A stretch of 44,118 bases of DNA from Pseudogymnoascus verrucosus (GCA_001662655.1 KV460246.1), one strand, 5' to 3'. Shown: positions 1-12,002, counted from the first letter of the stretch. Numbers and translations: made by a program. The notes: generated by a model not told the origin, from the sequence alone.

Positions 1-242
1 CTGCCGTTTGCGTCAGCTAGATACAAGACCGAACTTGAAGGAGCGATCCTGTTCATGAACATGACACCCAACTTTCCCCCAGTAGCCGGGCCGCGATGAA
101 AGGAGGCTCCCGAAGCCACGTGAGAGGTTTCTCTCTCCGCATACGGGCAACCTCCTTTCTTGGTCGACGTTGACGCATAGGGGCAGATAGCCAGGGCTTG
201 TCCCACGGCAAAGCCAAGAAGTGACACTGTGGAAAGACGCAT
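1..242 (-). CDS. 5' part of a secreted TolB-like/beta-propeller protein (runs off the window)
   Basis: Not in the ORF track because it has no stop inside the window. ATG at 242 reads MRLSTVSLLGFAVGQALAICPYASTSTKKGGCPYAERE...GVMFMNRIAPSSSVLYLADANG. It has a signal-peptide-like N-terminus, two CPYA motifs, and an MNRIAPS-x-S-x-LY-x-A-x-A-x-G motif that I recall from fungal TolB/PD40-like proteins. Confidence 0.7.
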   Translation of the reverse strand, partial: MRLSTVSLLGFAVGQALAICPYASTSTKKGGCPYAERETSHVASGASFHRGPATGGKLGVMFMNRIAPSSSVLYLADANG

Positions 243-479
243 TTTCTTTCTCCGAGTGATGCAACAAGAACGAGAGACGAGGTCTACTTACTAGCAATAG
301 AGGTCCAATGGATCTCATATATACTCCGTATGCGCTTAAACAAGAAACCCCCACCAGACGCGTGGATGTTAGACCCTGCGCTTTATATGGCCAAATATTC
401 ATGTAGCGTCCGGAGTATTGCCAAGTAAGGAAGTTATCTGCCGATCGAAGGGAGGTGTTTTAGCAAAGATGGCACTATA

Positions 480-1320
480 GTATGCAAGGCACTTTAAACC
501 AGACAGGGCTAAGCATTTCTACTAAGCCTATAGCATTGCGCAAAAACTAAACGCTGCATTAACTGCACTTTTAAACCTAGAACGCGATTTGTGGTCCGCT
601 GTATTACCAGGACATATCGCCGAAAATTAGCTCATTTTAGGGTCCAAGGGTCCAAGGGTCCACTGGGAATGCGCTATTATTTAGAGTTCAAGGTTAGCTC
701 CCCACAGTGGCTATTGTGGAGAGCTAAGGACACTGGCTGTTTTACATATCGTAGTTGTGTGGGGACGATGGTTATTGGCCTCCAGCAATTAGCCATAGTG
801 TTGGAAATTCTAAGGAGCGCCGTGGGATTTCAGCATAACTGTATAAATTTGATGTTGTTCCCGTAATTCGGTATTTGCCTAATTGGTAGGCATCTGTGAT
901 CTAGGTATGTGGCGAGTTTCGGGTTACAGCTCGCTGGCGTTGATATCCATAACAACTAGGTCATCAGCAGCACGTAGTGTAAGCTCCTATTCATTAACCA
1001 AGGCAACATATAGGCAGGCACCTCGCTGAAATGTATATAGATAGAACTCCATCTCTATGCAGTACTATTTCGGGCCCGATTCATAGGTGGAAGGAATAGC
1101 TGTCGGAGATAATATTACGATCAGATCCATGACAAGTGGGCGACAAGCAATTGCCATAACAAAGGCAGTTGGCGGAGCTGCTGTTCGAAGGGAAAGACTC
1201 CAAAACACTCAGAGTACGAATCATTATTGCTATCACTTTTAAGGGAAGCCTCGGCGTGGATATCTGTTGTTATTTCGTCGATCAGCTTCCAAGGCAGGGG
1301 CAATGAACCCTAAACACTCC
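480..1320 (-). pseudogene. Possible heavily decayed gene or repeat relic
   Basis: Minus-strand stretches read protein-like but are broken by many TAA/TAG stops. No family recognised. Confidence 0.2.
639..662 (+). repeat. Tandem 8-mer (AGGGTCCA)x3
   Basis: Read directly from the sequence. Confidence 0.85.
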
Positions 1321-1436
1321 TGATATTTATCATATTTGAGAGACGTCCCCAAGGCACGTTCTTTCTAGCTACTACTGTACGAATCCCAAAGGTTCTCGTT
1401 AAGCCTACGTACCAACTACAGCATGCAAGTACTCTA

Positions 1437-2180
1437 TCACCACACTCGGTCTCTGATCCATCCCTTAATCCCCTCGACATTCACCCCTATAGACTCTCTT
1501 GCCTCCAAAAACGGCAGAAAGACTTCCTTCACAATAACCTCAGGATCTAACTTAGTCAGCCATCCTCCTTCTTGGTTGGGGATTATAGGCTGAACCACCA
1601 ATGGCTGTCCTACTAAAATATTATGCTCGCTAGTTAGAACTTGAGAGAACTGATCTGTCAGGTTCTGCGACGCGGACTTTGCAGCAGACAGCGACGAGTA
1701 CGACGGCATTGGGTTTTTATCCAAAACTCCTCCTGTCACGAGGAGTAGTGGATACTCCCCTGTTGGGATATGGTCTTTGTTGGCGTGCTTTGGGAACCAT
1801 TGGCCAGCGACCAATAGACCGACAGCGGCGATCTTGAAGTCGGCTGTCAGGACTTCAGGAGTAAGACTCATAAGGTCAGTTGGTCCGACGACAGCAGCGT
1901 TGTATCATAGGACGTCAACTTTGCCATCTAATTGAGACGCTGCCCAGTCGAGAGCTGAGAGGATGCTCGAGGGGTCCGATGCGTCGGTTGTGCGGATGAG
2001 CACTGGCGGAGCTGAAGGGTACAGTTCTGCAGTTTCAGCGGCATAGGCTTGGAGCGTCTGCTCAGTGCGGGATATGAGGACGATGCGCCAGTTTTAGCTT
2101 GCGAGGTAGTGACTGAGAGAGCGGGATATGAAGGGCCCGGCGCCCACGATGATTATATGACGGTTGCGATTGGGAGGCAT
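1437..2180 (-). pseudogene. Short-chain dehydrogenase/reductase pseudogene (247 codons, 2 internal stops)
   Basis: ATG 2180 is in frame with the 1437-1871 ORF: MPPNRNRHIIIVGAGPFISRSLSHYLAS*NWRIVLISR...VDVL*YNAA...LLVTGG...YSSLSAAKSA. Rossmann GAGP motif, NAA and a catalytic-region Lys are present. Stops are TAA 2096-2094 and TGA 1907-1905. Confidence 0.85.
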
Positions 2181-2630
2181 GATTATGGATCGAGGGATAG
2201 AAAGTGTAGATAAATAGACTTGGTGGGTATGTTATTACGTGTTGGTGGGACTATGGTATGTATATATATGTTTGCTGACATGTACGTCTGAGAAAATGTT
2301 ATAACCTGCAGCCGCATGGTATGTTGGCAAGAGGAATGTTCAGCTGGACCTGCTGACATGAGATTTGACTCAATCAAGTCATCTCACGTCAGATGTCTAA
2401 CGACGCAGACAAACCAAAGAATTTATAAAGAGGGCCAAGAAAGCTTGTTATATTGGATCGTCCCACTCGTGCTCCTCCAACGGGAGCGTTCCGTTGTGAG
2501 AAATAAAACATCCGCCTTCGTTAGGCAAAAGAGTCCTTATGTTCGCATTATTAAATCCCGCAAATCCAAATCTACATGGATATGATTCGCTCGGACACTA
2601 TTGACATCTAAATTATCCTAAAATATAGGT

Positions 2631-4484
2631 CTAGTTCAAATATGTCCATCGCGCATTAAACCAGCTGATTTGCTCGCTCCTAAAATCATCCTTCTCAACA
2701 TGCAAGTTGAGTGTATCGTCCAACGTCGCGTTATACACAAAGTTCTGCGTGCTGCCAGCATAGGCTGGCCATTTCGGGATCCAGTTTAGGTGATGTGCGT
2801 TGGGGTCCCCAGTAGCTGCAAAAGCAACGAAGTGTGCTTGCATAGCGTAGCTAACGTTTCTCATAGCTGGAACATCTGGGATGGGTGGATATGCTGAGCC
2901 GCTGAGGAAACAAAATTGTAAGCAGATGAGCGTGGGTTAATAAAAGACAAGAAAACGAGACAACGAGATATGAGATGGGCTCACCTGACATATGGCAATC
3001 GGAACTCAAAGCTCAACTCGGCGCCATGTTCGGCAAAACCAACACCCAACCCTGGGGTGTAAACAAGCGGCAACCTGGTCGGATCCACGTCCCAACGGAA
3101 GGAGTATGCTTTCTTGCCCGTCAGGGGTGTCCATGACGCAGCAGTGAGTCTCCTTCCTGACATCATAGCAAAATCATTGATAATCCCATAAACCCTTCTC
3201 GTCTGCGTGCCAGACTGGATTCCCAATGCCGCCGTCAACGCGGGCCAGTCCAGTGTCATTGGCTGGGAGTATGGCGGATACTGCGCATCTTCAGGGTATA
3301 AGGTCAAGATCTCATTGGCAACGGTAGAATCAACACCTAAGCCAGCAGTGAGGAAATATTCGACCTCGGCCGAGGTGTTGAAAGGCGTTTGGGCACCTAG
3401 TGCCTCAGACATGCCTTCATCCGTGTTACAGCCAGTGATGATATCCACCGGGGCGATAAGAGGTGGGTTTTGGGCGTAGGCGAAAGAAGGAGAATTGCGG
3501 AGTATGTCGCCGTCGAGTATTGGCTGGAAGCCAAGAAGATTAGCCGGGAGATTGGTTATGGTTGTATTCAAGGTTTCGAATGGTACTGCCATAGATATTA
3601 ACAACACATCTCTTAGAGTGCAAGAAGAACTTACGTTCTCGTAGACACTGGAGTGAGTCAATGGCATGGTTACACCCGGTATCATTCGTGAGAGCGTTGT
3701 ATGTTGATTGAGCAAAAACCGGATATCCGGAACCAACTCCAAACGACGTTCCGCTCACCATAATCGCTTTTTGGAAAAGGTTGGAATTTTGTCCTCCATA
3801 AGCAACTGTAAGCCAACCAATGGAGAAGGCTCCTGCACTCTCACCCCAAACTGTTACCTGCTTCGGATCTCCGCCAAAGCCCGCGATGTTCTCATTGATC
3901 CACTCTAAAGCTTTCCACTGATCTCGAATGCCTAGATTCGTGGCTCCCTTTGATTGAACTTCTTTACTGAAAAGAAATCCAAAGGCGCTGAGACGGTAAT
4001 TAATAGAGACAATGATCACGGGTTTTCCTATTTGAACAGACGTCTCGACCATATAGCTTGTGTTGAACTCTCGATCATTAATGCTTCCCTGTCGGAATCC
4101 ACCACCATAGATCCATACCATCACTGGCAACTTTGCATTTGTCTTAGTTCCTGACGGCCGAACAACATTAAGATTCAGGCAGTCTTCTCCGACCTCCAAA
4201 CCGAGGAGGTTATTAGAGCCATATCCGCTGCACGTCAGACCTGGTTCGACTGCTTCATGGGTGCCGCTCCAGGACGAATTTAGTGACTGTGCTAGTTCAA
4301 AGCGTGGTGCCTGCGCAAAGGGGATACCATGAAATATGTCTTGAGATAGCTGCGGAACTGCGAGACCAACGTAGGTTCCATTCCTAGTCTTCGCTGTTGG
4401 GGCCTTGGCAGGGTGAACGGTGAGTTCTGGAACCCCAAGGACAGCTAGAAAGAAGGAAAAATGAACAAATATTGAGAGATGCAT
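2631..4484 (-). CDS. Secreted carboxylesterase type B / lipase, 3 exons (4484-3635, 3585-2985, 2901-2631), about 573 aa
   Basis: Signal peptide, EDCLNLNV, WIYGGGF oxyanion motif, GESAG nucleophile, NTDEG and HGAEL. Introns 3634-3586 (GTAAGT..CAG) and 2984-2902 (GTGAGC..CAG) join the three ORFs in frame. Confidence 0.93.
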
Positions 4485-5177
4485 GATTGACCGGAAAACG
4501 GGCTAAAGGGAGCCAATGTCTTACTGGCATTGGAATATGGCGGCCATTGGAGCATCTTATACTCCGCTTGGCGGGTAGGAACGTGGAGGTGGAGCTCATT
4601 CCCCGCCTACGACCTATTCCCACAGTTCGTAACTCACCAATTTAGTGCGCGTCATATCAAATGACGGGATGAAGAACAATAAGCACTACCAGTGCATAAA
4701 AAGAGTCCGTAGTACAGCCGAGTGATCCTTCGACGCGTGTGGAAACCTAAACCTCAAGCAACCGAACGACGGACCGAATAGGAGAACTCTACAGCATCAC
4801 GCAGATATTTTATTCACTTTAGTGGCGTTATTCAGGTGATTTCATGGCAGAATTTTGCCGATTTAGTAAAGTAGATGAGAAGCTACTCAAATAATCAATA
4901 CTCCAATGTAACGTGTGCTGTTTTCTGTTTTGATACCTGGGGATACGATAAACGATAAACATAAGCACTGGGCTCGGATCTCGGGAATATAGTATCCCCG
5001 ACTAGTGTTAACGCACCACCTAAAGTAACCTCGCTTCCATCCGCAGCCTTGCAGGAACACCCCTGTCGAAAAACACTCTCCTCGCAGCCTCGTCTCGCCT
5101 TCCAAATCCCAACGTCAACAGCATAATCATATCAACAACCAAAACCACCCTCACCAACCCACCTCAAATCCTCCAAA

Positions 5178-5947
5178 ATGGCCGACCGCCCCCCACCCTC
5201 TGCTACGGCGATCATAATCGGCACTGCCATCCTCTCTCTCATCACAGGCTACATGATCGGCACCGCCACCTCGCTCAACCTGCTCCCATCGCCCTTCTCC
5301 TCCGCCCCCGCGAAGACGCGCTCCCGCTCTGATACCACCGGCTACGACGACGAGGAGGAGAGCAGCGAAGAGGAGATTGAGGCCGGCGAGGTGCTCGACC
5401 ACGCGCCGAACTGGGCAAATGGGCCTGAGGCGGATAAGCGCGATGGGCTTACCGTGGCCGCGCCAGCGCCGACGAAGAAGAGGGAGGTGGTGGATGATAA
5501 TGAGGAGTGCAAGTTGGTTCTTGTTGTGCGCACGGATCTGGGGATGACAAAGGGTATGTTCCATTTCTCTCCCCTCCGCGCATCCGCCGCCTGACGGCCA
5601 TCTCTTCCCCACCATACTTGTTGTGGCAGTCGCGCTAACACTTCCCAGGCAAAATCGCTGCCCAATGCGGCCACGCGGTGCTCGCATGCTACAAGTCTTC
5701 CCTACGCACGAACCCGTACCTGCGCGCCTGGGAGCGCGGTGGCCAGGCCAAAATCGCGGTGCAGATCAACAGCGAGGCGGGGATCGAGGAGCTGGCTGCC
5801 AAGGCGAAGGCGGCAGGGTTGGTGGCGGAGGTCGTGTGCGATGCGGGGCGGACGCAGATTGCAGCTGGGAGCATGACGGTATTGGGTGTTGGGCCGGGGA
5901 AGAGGAGTTTAGTGGATCAGGTGACGGGGGGGTTGAAGCTATTGTAA
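5178..5947 (+). CDS. PTH2: Peptidyl-tRNA hydrolase 2, 2 exons (intron 5554-5648)
   Basis: N-terminal hydrophobic anchor. ECKLVLVVRTDLGMTKG|KIAAQCGHA, W...GQAKIAV and DAGRTQIA..S.TVLGVGP motifs. Intron GTATGT...CTAAC...CAG. Confidence 0.95.
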
Positions 5948-6156
5948 TGAAAGCGAAATAGAGAAATACATGTTTTTATGATGGTATTGGGTGCGCGTGT
6001 ACGCGTTTGATTATCTAGCTGTCATATTCCCTCCGTGACTCTTATGTTTCCCCTTGAACCTCTAAGCAACATCTATCGGAGCCACTCTGCTCTTCCGCAT
6101 CTCCAGATACCATTAGCCCCAGGTCACTTCGTCCCATCACAACACAACCCACCCAC

Positions 6157-7150
6157 CTATACCAGCCCAGGCAGCGCCGCCCATCTCCCCTCCACTCCAG
6201 GAAATCTCTCAACATACCACTTCCTCGTTGCTATCGCCCTCGGCAACATCGTTGACACCTCGGCAGCCACAAAGTTCCTCGCCGGTAGCGCCCCGCCTGT
6301 CGCGATATAGAACCCAACCCACTCGATCCACTCGCAAAGGTAATGTGGGCTAAGCACCCATCTGAACAGCCCTCCTGATGGTAAGACGTAGGTCTTCTTG
6401 CCACCATGGCCATCAGGGACCGTGTGGGTGGTTTCGGCTTTTGCGGGTGCCCCCGGTTTGGACGCGGCGCGGCGGCCACAGCGTAGGATCTCGTCGTGCG
6501 CGATTGTGCCCGCGAAGCCGAGGGCCCAGATGGGGAGGCCGAAACCAAGGCGCGTGGTCAAGGTAGGACCGAGGCCGGCGAGGTGGCCGCCAATGGAGAC
6601 TGCGTTTAGCAAGTTAAACACCCAGGCCCCGAGGAGGATGATGGGATGGATGGGAGACATGGAGGGGTTGAGGAGGGGCGCAAGAAGCGCGCGGTAGATG
6701 TAGTGTGTTACCTTTCGGAGGTTAGCGGGCTTGGTAATTAGGAATCGGGGGTCGGGGACAAACGTAGATGCCTGCTAGGACGAGATTTTCCCTTGGAGGC
6801 TGTGGGAGAGTGGCACGCAGGCCGGTCATGGTGTATACCAGCAAAAGAGGTGCGGGGAGTTCCATGAGCATCCAGGCCAGCTTCCCTGGAATATTCAGGC
6901 ACGAGGTCGTCGACGTCTTGCCCATGGGATAGTACGCAGTGAGCCATTGGACGGCAGTCACCTGGGGACAATCATTAGCTAAGTTGGCGGTGGGGGTGGA
7001 ATTAGAGTAAAGTCAGGGTCAAATTGGTGTGAAATTGAAGTGAATGAGGGGTAGGGGAGGAGAACGCACGACAGGAAAGTAGGTGAAGGTGTTGACGATC
7101 AAGGTCCAGTTCCCTGGCGAAGGCGGAAGCCAGTCTTGGAGAAGAGACAT
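6157..7150 (-). CDS. 3-oxo-5-alpha-steroid 4-dehydrogenase (steroid 5-alpha-reductase) family membrane protein, 3 exons (7150-7070, 6961-6764, 6711-6157), about 277 aa
   Basis: MSLLQDWLPPS..., MGKTS, AWMLMELP, HYIYRA, HDEIL, P.GGLF.WV.SPHYLCEWIEW and MLPRA...WY motifs. Both introns are GT..AG with branch sites. Confidence 0.9.
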
Positions 7151-7455
7151 ATCTGACAGAGTCGTATATAAGCTTTATTGAAAAGAAACTCTTTGGGTTC
7201 GTCACTTCTCGTCTTATCAGCAACAGCTGTATCTTCTTGCAGCCTATCTCGAATGGTTGACGGAACGACACCACAGTTCTCCTGAAAGCAACTATTTGCC
7301 AGTCTGACGACTTAGCGTCTTGACAACAACAACAATAACAACAAAACAACACTTCACTCTGTGAATTGTTACGTTACTCTGCAGTTACACAATATTACGC
7401 CCTCAAATCGCTTGCAAATACCACGCAATCATATACGGATAGATTTCGGCACAAG

Positions 7456-8471
7456 ATGCAAGGTGGAGCTATGGAGAACGATCTGCAGTGTGATCCGTTA
7501 CCGAACGGGTCGCTGCTGGTGGGCGCCACTCCACGATTTAAACCCTGCAGGTGCTGCACATTTGACCCCAACGACTGGCCCCAAAGTGACGCCAAAGTCA
7601 AAATACGTTCGTGCATGACGACCTGTCCATATTGCGGGGTTAGGTTTGGCAAGGTATCGCATCTGCGGAAACATATCAGGGTCTCAGCGCTGCATGGGCC
7701 ACAACGACTTACAGTTGTGGCTACGAGGGTTAGGAAGTGAGTTGAACTCTTATCATGGTAACAATAGCTAATTCATTGAGCAGCCTCTACCAGGCCGCCT
7801 ACGATTCTTCGGTGCGCCTCTTTAGGCCATGTCAATGCTGCGTGCTTGACCCTGATGACTGGCCTCAGAGTAATGCTGAAATTGTCATTCGCCCATGCAT
7901 GACGGCCTGTCCATATGACGGGCATGTATTCCAGAGCTCTTGCAAGCTCCGAAGACATATTGCAGAGTTCCAGGCGCATAAAGCGCGGAATCTCACAGCC
8001 AGGGCTATGGTCGGTCGGGATAGGAAGTGAGTCAATCTCTTACCGATCGTGGCTACAATAGTTAATTTATTGAGTAGGCGTCCCAGCACGGCAGTGGCGC
8101 AGAACGAGGCCCACAACGCTAGCAACCAAGGATCTCCTCTGGACGAAGACTCCGCAGACTCTGGGGATGATAGTGGCAATGACGGCGACTTTGTCGAGAA
8201 CATCCTCCCGGGTCTTTCAGCTGCATCGCAGAACAATTCCCACGAAACTGGCAACCAAACGTACCCCAGGAGTCAAAGCCCCCTTCTATCTATCCAGGGC
8301 AAAAACGACCATGTTCACCTCACCGGTAGCCTAAGTTCAAGCTTCTCCTCAACCGCAGTACAGAACGGCGCGCTCGACACTGTGAAGGAAGAATCTCCCA
8401 TCAAGCACATATCCTCCATAGGACGAGGAAAACCCACTTTGCAGGAAAAAATTATGGGTACTTTGACTTGA
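7456..8471 (+). CDS. Hypothetical protein with two tandem Cys-rich/C2H2-like zinc-finger modules (introns 7737-7783, 8027-8077); 3' end uncertain or disrupted
   Basis: Three ORF-track ORFs join in frame through two similar phase-2 introns (GTGAGT...CTAAT/TTAAT...AG). Module: F[KR]PCxCCxxDPxDWPQSxAxxxIRxCMTxCPY[CD]GxxFxxxxxLRxHIxxxxxH. Confidence 0.6.
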
Positions 8472-8582
8472 ATTGTCTCAAAATCTGCGCACGATTTCAT
8501 ATCTCTTATATTTTTGTATAAGCCAAGTTCCAAGGCCACTGCTGAACACCCTGAACCTGTCCTACCAAAAAATCACGTCTGC
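8425..8582 (+). repeat. Left arm of a degenerate 158-bp inverted repeat (partner 12003-12160)
   Basis: Ungapped hand alignment to the reverse complement of 12003-12160 gives about 124/158 identities (78%), starting GAGGAAAACCCACT[T/G]TGCAGGAAAAAAT. Confidence 0.9.
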
Positions 8583-9226
8583 TTCCATTCAACCCAGACA
8601 GGGTGCTCAAAACTATACTAAAGCCCCTCGCTCAATTAACCATTCCGCAAGCTGGTGACATGAAGGTGGGTTCTTGTCTGCAAGACGAGGTACTAAAATC
8701 GCCTGTGACTCTAGTGTTAGCAGAGGCTCTTACGTCGCTGCATAATCTGATTAAAGAGGATGCTCGTACGCTTGATGGGATGAGTACACAGCGCCAGCAA
8801 AGGCGTGTACAGAAGCTTGCCAATGCCGCCCAAATATCCTTTGCCGAAAATGCCCTTCTTCGGGATTAAAATCAAATCTTGACCACAATAAGCAACGAAG
8901 TCAAAGTTCGCAGATCGGTCAGGTCAATAGTACTGGGGAAGGCCAAGGTGATGAGCTATGGGGACATCGAGGAGGCACGAGCAAAGCGTGCAGCGAAAGA
9001 GATAATAAGGGGCAAGGGAAAACGTGGCCAGAAGCGTAAGAGTGCTGCACTAGAGGCAGGTAAGCCAGAGCTAGAACTAGAGCCAGAGCCAGAAGTGGAG
9101 AGTTCTGCGAAAGAGGCCATAAAGAGCAAGGGAAAAAGTGGTCGGAAGTGTAAGAGTGCTGCGCTGGAACAAGAGCCAGAGCCAGAACTGGCGCGGATGA
9201 CGGCACTAGTGGCGCGGATGATCTAA
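8582..9226 (+). mobile_element. pogo/Fot1-type (Tc1/mariner superfamily) transposase C-terminal remnant
   Basis: LPFNPDRVL...PVT...AEALTSL...VQKLANAAQISFAENALLRD*NQIL...NEVKVRRS..S.VLGKAKVMSY.DIEEARAKR matches the C-terminus of fungal pogo-like transposases. Premature TAA at 8867-8869. No DDE core or HTH is present. The AKE..KGK.G.K.KSAALE..EPE block is duplicated. Confidence 0.85.
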
Positions 9227-9268
9227 GCGCAGGTTGAAATGACAGTTCGTTGCAAAACAATCAGGCTC

Positions 9269-11119
9269 TTAATGTAAGACAAATATTGATAATTCCATTG
9301 AAGTCCAGAGATCTTTCCAGAAGTCCATTGCATAGTGTGTGTAGTGACTTGAATTGACAAAGGCCTTGGAGAAATGCTCTTGCGGCGTATGTCCTATAAT
9401 ATGACATTCCCCTATGCAGATTAAATTTAGAATCCTTTCCTTACGGTTGATCCAGTGCTGGTTTTTGGATTTCTCTAGTTCTCTTTCCACAAGGTAGTCG
9501 GTTTTGCGCTCGTTGTCCGAAATTATAACAGGTCGAAAAATAAACAGTCGTTCAATTCCATGACCACTTGGGTGTTCGGGATGATTGCGAGGCAAGTAGC
9601 CGACAACGTCACCAACTGCTGTCTCATCTAAACAAACCCCAAAATATGGCGGTTCAGGTGAAGTGATGCCACTGAAGTGGTTATTACACCTAAAGAATGC
9701 CTGTCTTGACATTACACTTGTGCGTCCGTACGACTCATTGCACGCCATATCCCACAAGGGACTCCTTAGTTCTTCATCACTAAACAGGTCTGAAGAGTTA
9801 ACACTAAAACTTGAAACCGTTCCAATTGGACAGCCCTGTGTCACCAGCAATGACGCTTCTGGAATCACTACAGGACCCCATACATGCAAGATTTGGTTGG
9901 GCATAGGTACAGGCCATCCGGTATAGCCTTCCCTTATGTTAAAGCACTTTAAGCTCTCCCAATGTAAAATGGAGGTATCTTCCATTTGGGGTTGCCTAAT
10001 ACTTGATGACCAGTTTGGTACCCAAGAAGGCAGACCAGATTTGGAGCCTACTATGTTCGTCTCTGTGGCCAAGGCAATCAGTAAGGATGTATCGGAAAGG
10101 AAGGCTGTAGCAGCCTCTATATAAACATCCCTGCATGACTTTGAATAATCAACCATGATAGAACGCGACATCTTAGACGTGTTTGCAATACCTAAGAGTG
10201 CAAATATTTGATCTCTAGGATCTGATGCCTTTGACTGTCTCCGATGCGCAGCTAAGAGAATTTCTCTCAAGTCTGGCCTTTCCCCTGCAGCATGGGCTTT
10301 CCTTGCCTGTTCATATTCGATAAAGCTTCCCCATAGACCCTCATAGCCATGAGAAGACGTATCATCCAAATCCCAGCAGTTGTACATATCTCTCCACCGC
10401 ATTTTCAATCTTCCACACTGGATCCAGGGATCTCGAGACGCAATCAGCTCTTGTAGTACCCAGGTCCTTGTGAACCATTCCCGACTCAAGATACCCATCT
10501 TAAAGTCCTGCTTTCGAACTATCCACTCAGCGTCATCAGGATAGAGGAAGTTAACTTCGATAGCTTGGTCATGCTCTGATTTGAGAAATAACTTATGTAG
10601 CTTTTGAAGAACTCTGATTGATCCTGCTGACCGTTCATTACTCTCGCCAAGATAAATGATTGTGTGGGTTGCGGCATTGTAAACGCGTAACATCTGGCTG
10701 ACTTGATGTTTTCGCTCATCTATATCATGCTGATTAATGCAGATGGAATCTATCCATAGCGAAAGAACTCGTGTTGTGTCTCGGACACTTCGCAGAACTG
10801 ACTCTGCATTTTTTGTCACTTGATAGTCCCTATCATTCACCGATATTGATGCCATTTGACTACGAGTACCCCAACAATATGACACAGCAGTAAAATGCTC
10901 TATCAGTTCGTTCTCATATTCTTGAAGGCGCTTTTCCTCCAGCACACCATAAATTCTGCTTGTGGGATTCTCAGAAGGTTGTAGATTGAATACTCGAAAG
11001 CTGTCTTCATGGTGGAGAGCACTGGGATTCCAGTTTTGCGGGATTGGCTGGACAATAACATCGCCGGTGCGCGTCATTCGATCATATGTGGTTGGCGGTA
11101 TCCTCGTTTCTGCCATCAT
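9269..11119 (-). CDS. HET-domain (heterokaryon incompatibility, HET-6-like) protein, intronless, about 616 aa
   Basis: FTAVSYCWG, LWIDSICINQ.D..ER..QV..M..VY..A, WFTRTWVLQE, SDPRDQIFALLGI and LPSWVPNWS motifs. The first ATG is at 11119 (the track start at 11308 is not an ATG). Confidence 0.93.
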   Translation of the reverse strand: MMAETRIPPTTYDRMTRTGDVIVQPIPQNWNPSALHHEDSFRVFNLQPSENPTSRIYGVLEEKRLQEYENELIEHFTAVSYCWGTRSQMASISVNDRDYQVTKNAESVLRSVRDTTRVLSLWIDSICINQHDIDERKHQVSQMLRVYNAATHTIIYLGESNERSAGSIRVLQKLHKLFLKSEHDQAIEVNFLYPDDAEWIVRKQDFKMGILSREWFTRTWVLQELIASRDPWIQCGRLKMRWRDMYNCWDLDDTSSHGYEGLWGSFIEYEQARKAHAAGERPDLREILLAAHRRQSKASDPRDQIFALLGIANTSKMSRSIMVDYSKSCRDVYIEAATAFLSDTSLLIALATETNIVGSKSGLPSWVPNWSSSIRQPQMEDTSILHWESLKCFNIREGYTGWPVPMPNQILHVWGPVVIPEASLLVTQGCPIGTVSSFSVNSSDLFSDEELRSPLWDMACNESYGRTSVMSRQAFFRCNNHFSGITSPEPPYFGVCLDETAVGDVVGYLPRNHPEHPSGHGIERLFIFRPVIISDNERKTDYLVERELEKSKNQHWINRKERILNLICIGECHIIGHTPQEHFSKAFVNSSHYTHYAMDFWKDLWTSMELSIFVLH

Positions 11120-12002
11120 AGGAAATACTGGTTTCTTGCTAAAGGATATGCTCGAGTTAGCCCATGAAGAAGTAATACTCAAGTAGTTACCAGAGCGGAT
11201 GAAGTAAGTTACAAGCACTGGCAAAATATTACGAACCAAAGTTTGACCAGTGAGAGCAAGCAGCAACGTCGTCGTGAGGCAACTCTTAGATTGGCTAGGT
11301 CGCAACACAGATCGATACTAATGCGAGAGTATCTGTTGATGTTACTGTAGCCACCGGAGAGCTTTATTTGACTGTCGCATGCGAAGTTATTAGCTAAATG
11401 GGGGTGGATGTGGGATCCAGGCTAGCGTTTATTTCGGAGAAGAGCGGGGGACTCAGCCGTTAAAGGTTTCAGTGGGCAGGCTGTTGTCGTCACATGAAAA
11501 GAGGATGAGATACACGAGCGGGAATGCCTGGATGCACATGAGAACATTGCGGATGGTTTGAAACCTTATTCTCACTGTCACTTCGGTCCCCAATTTCGTT
11601 GCACAGTCTCTCCTAGTATGGCTCACACGTTTTGTTACATTAGTAGTTTAGCCTCGCATAGCCACAGTCCTAATGAGCCACAATCTAGCCGAATGACATG
11701 ATGACACAAGCGAAATTACATCATAATTATTAAAGGACGTGGGGGTCACTGTACACTAACCGAAAATTGTTAGTTGTATTGAATTAAAGTATTTATCTCA
11801 TGGCGACTATGCTATGAATTTGCATAGACACCCGCCACAAGGCTAATGACGATCTCCCGCTTTGTAGTGTGGCCCTAGAGCTTAGATAATACCGTTTTAT
11901 AAGTATTAGAAGTGATAAGGGCTTGATAGTGGAGCTATTATGGAGGAACTCTGTTACTCTATAAATGGAGATTCTCCGCAAATCAGTCGTGAGGGTAACG
12001 AT

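Noticed and set aside
13..402. 129-aa minus-strand ORF in the track
   Set aside because: It overlaps the more convincing signal-peptide frame starting at 242 and has no recognisable motifs.
8049..9226. In-frame fusion of the zinc-finger gene to the transposase tail
   Set aside because: TGA at 8469-8471, and the read-through frame is offset from the transposase frame at 8582. The candidate intron 8458-8522 also leads to a quick stop.
11120..11308. 63-aa N-terminal extension of the HET ORF
   Set aside because: It starts at a non-ATG codon. The first ATG is at 11119.
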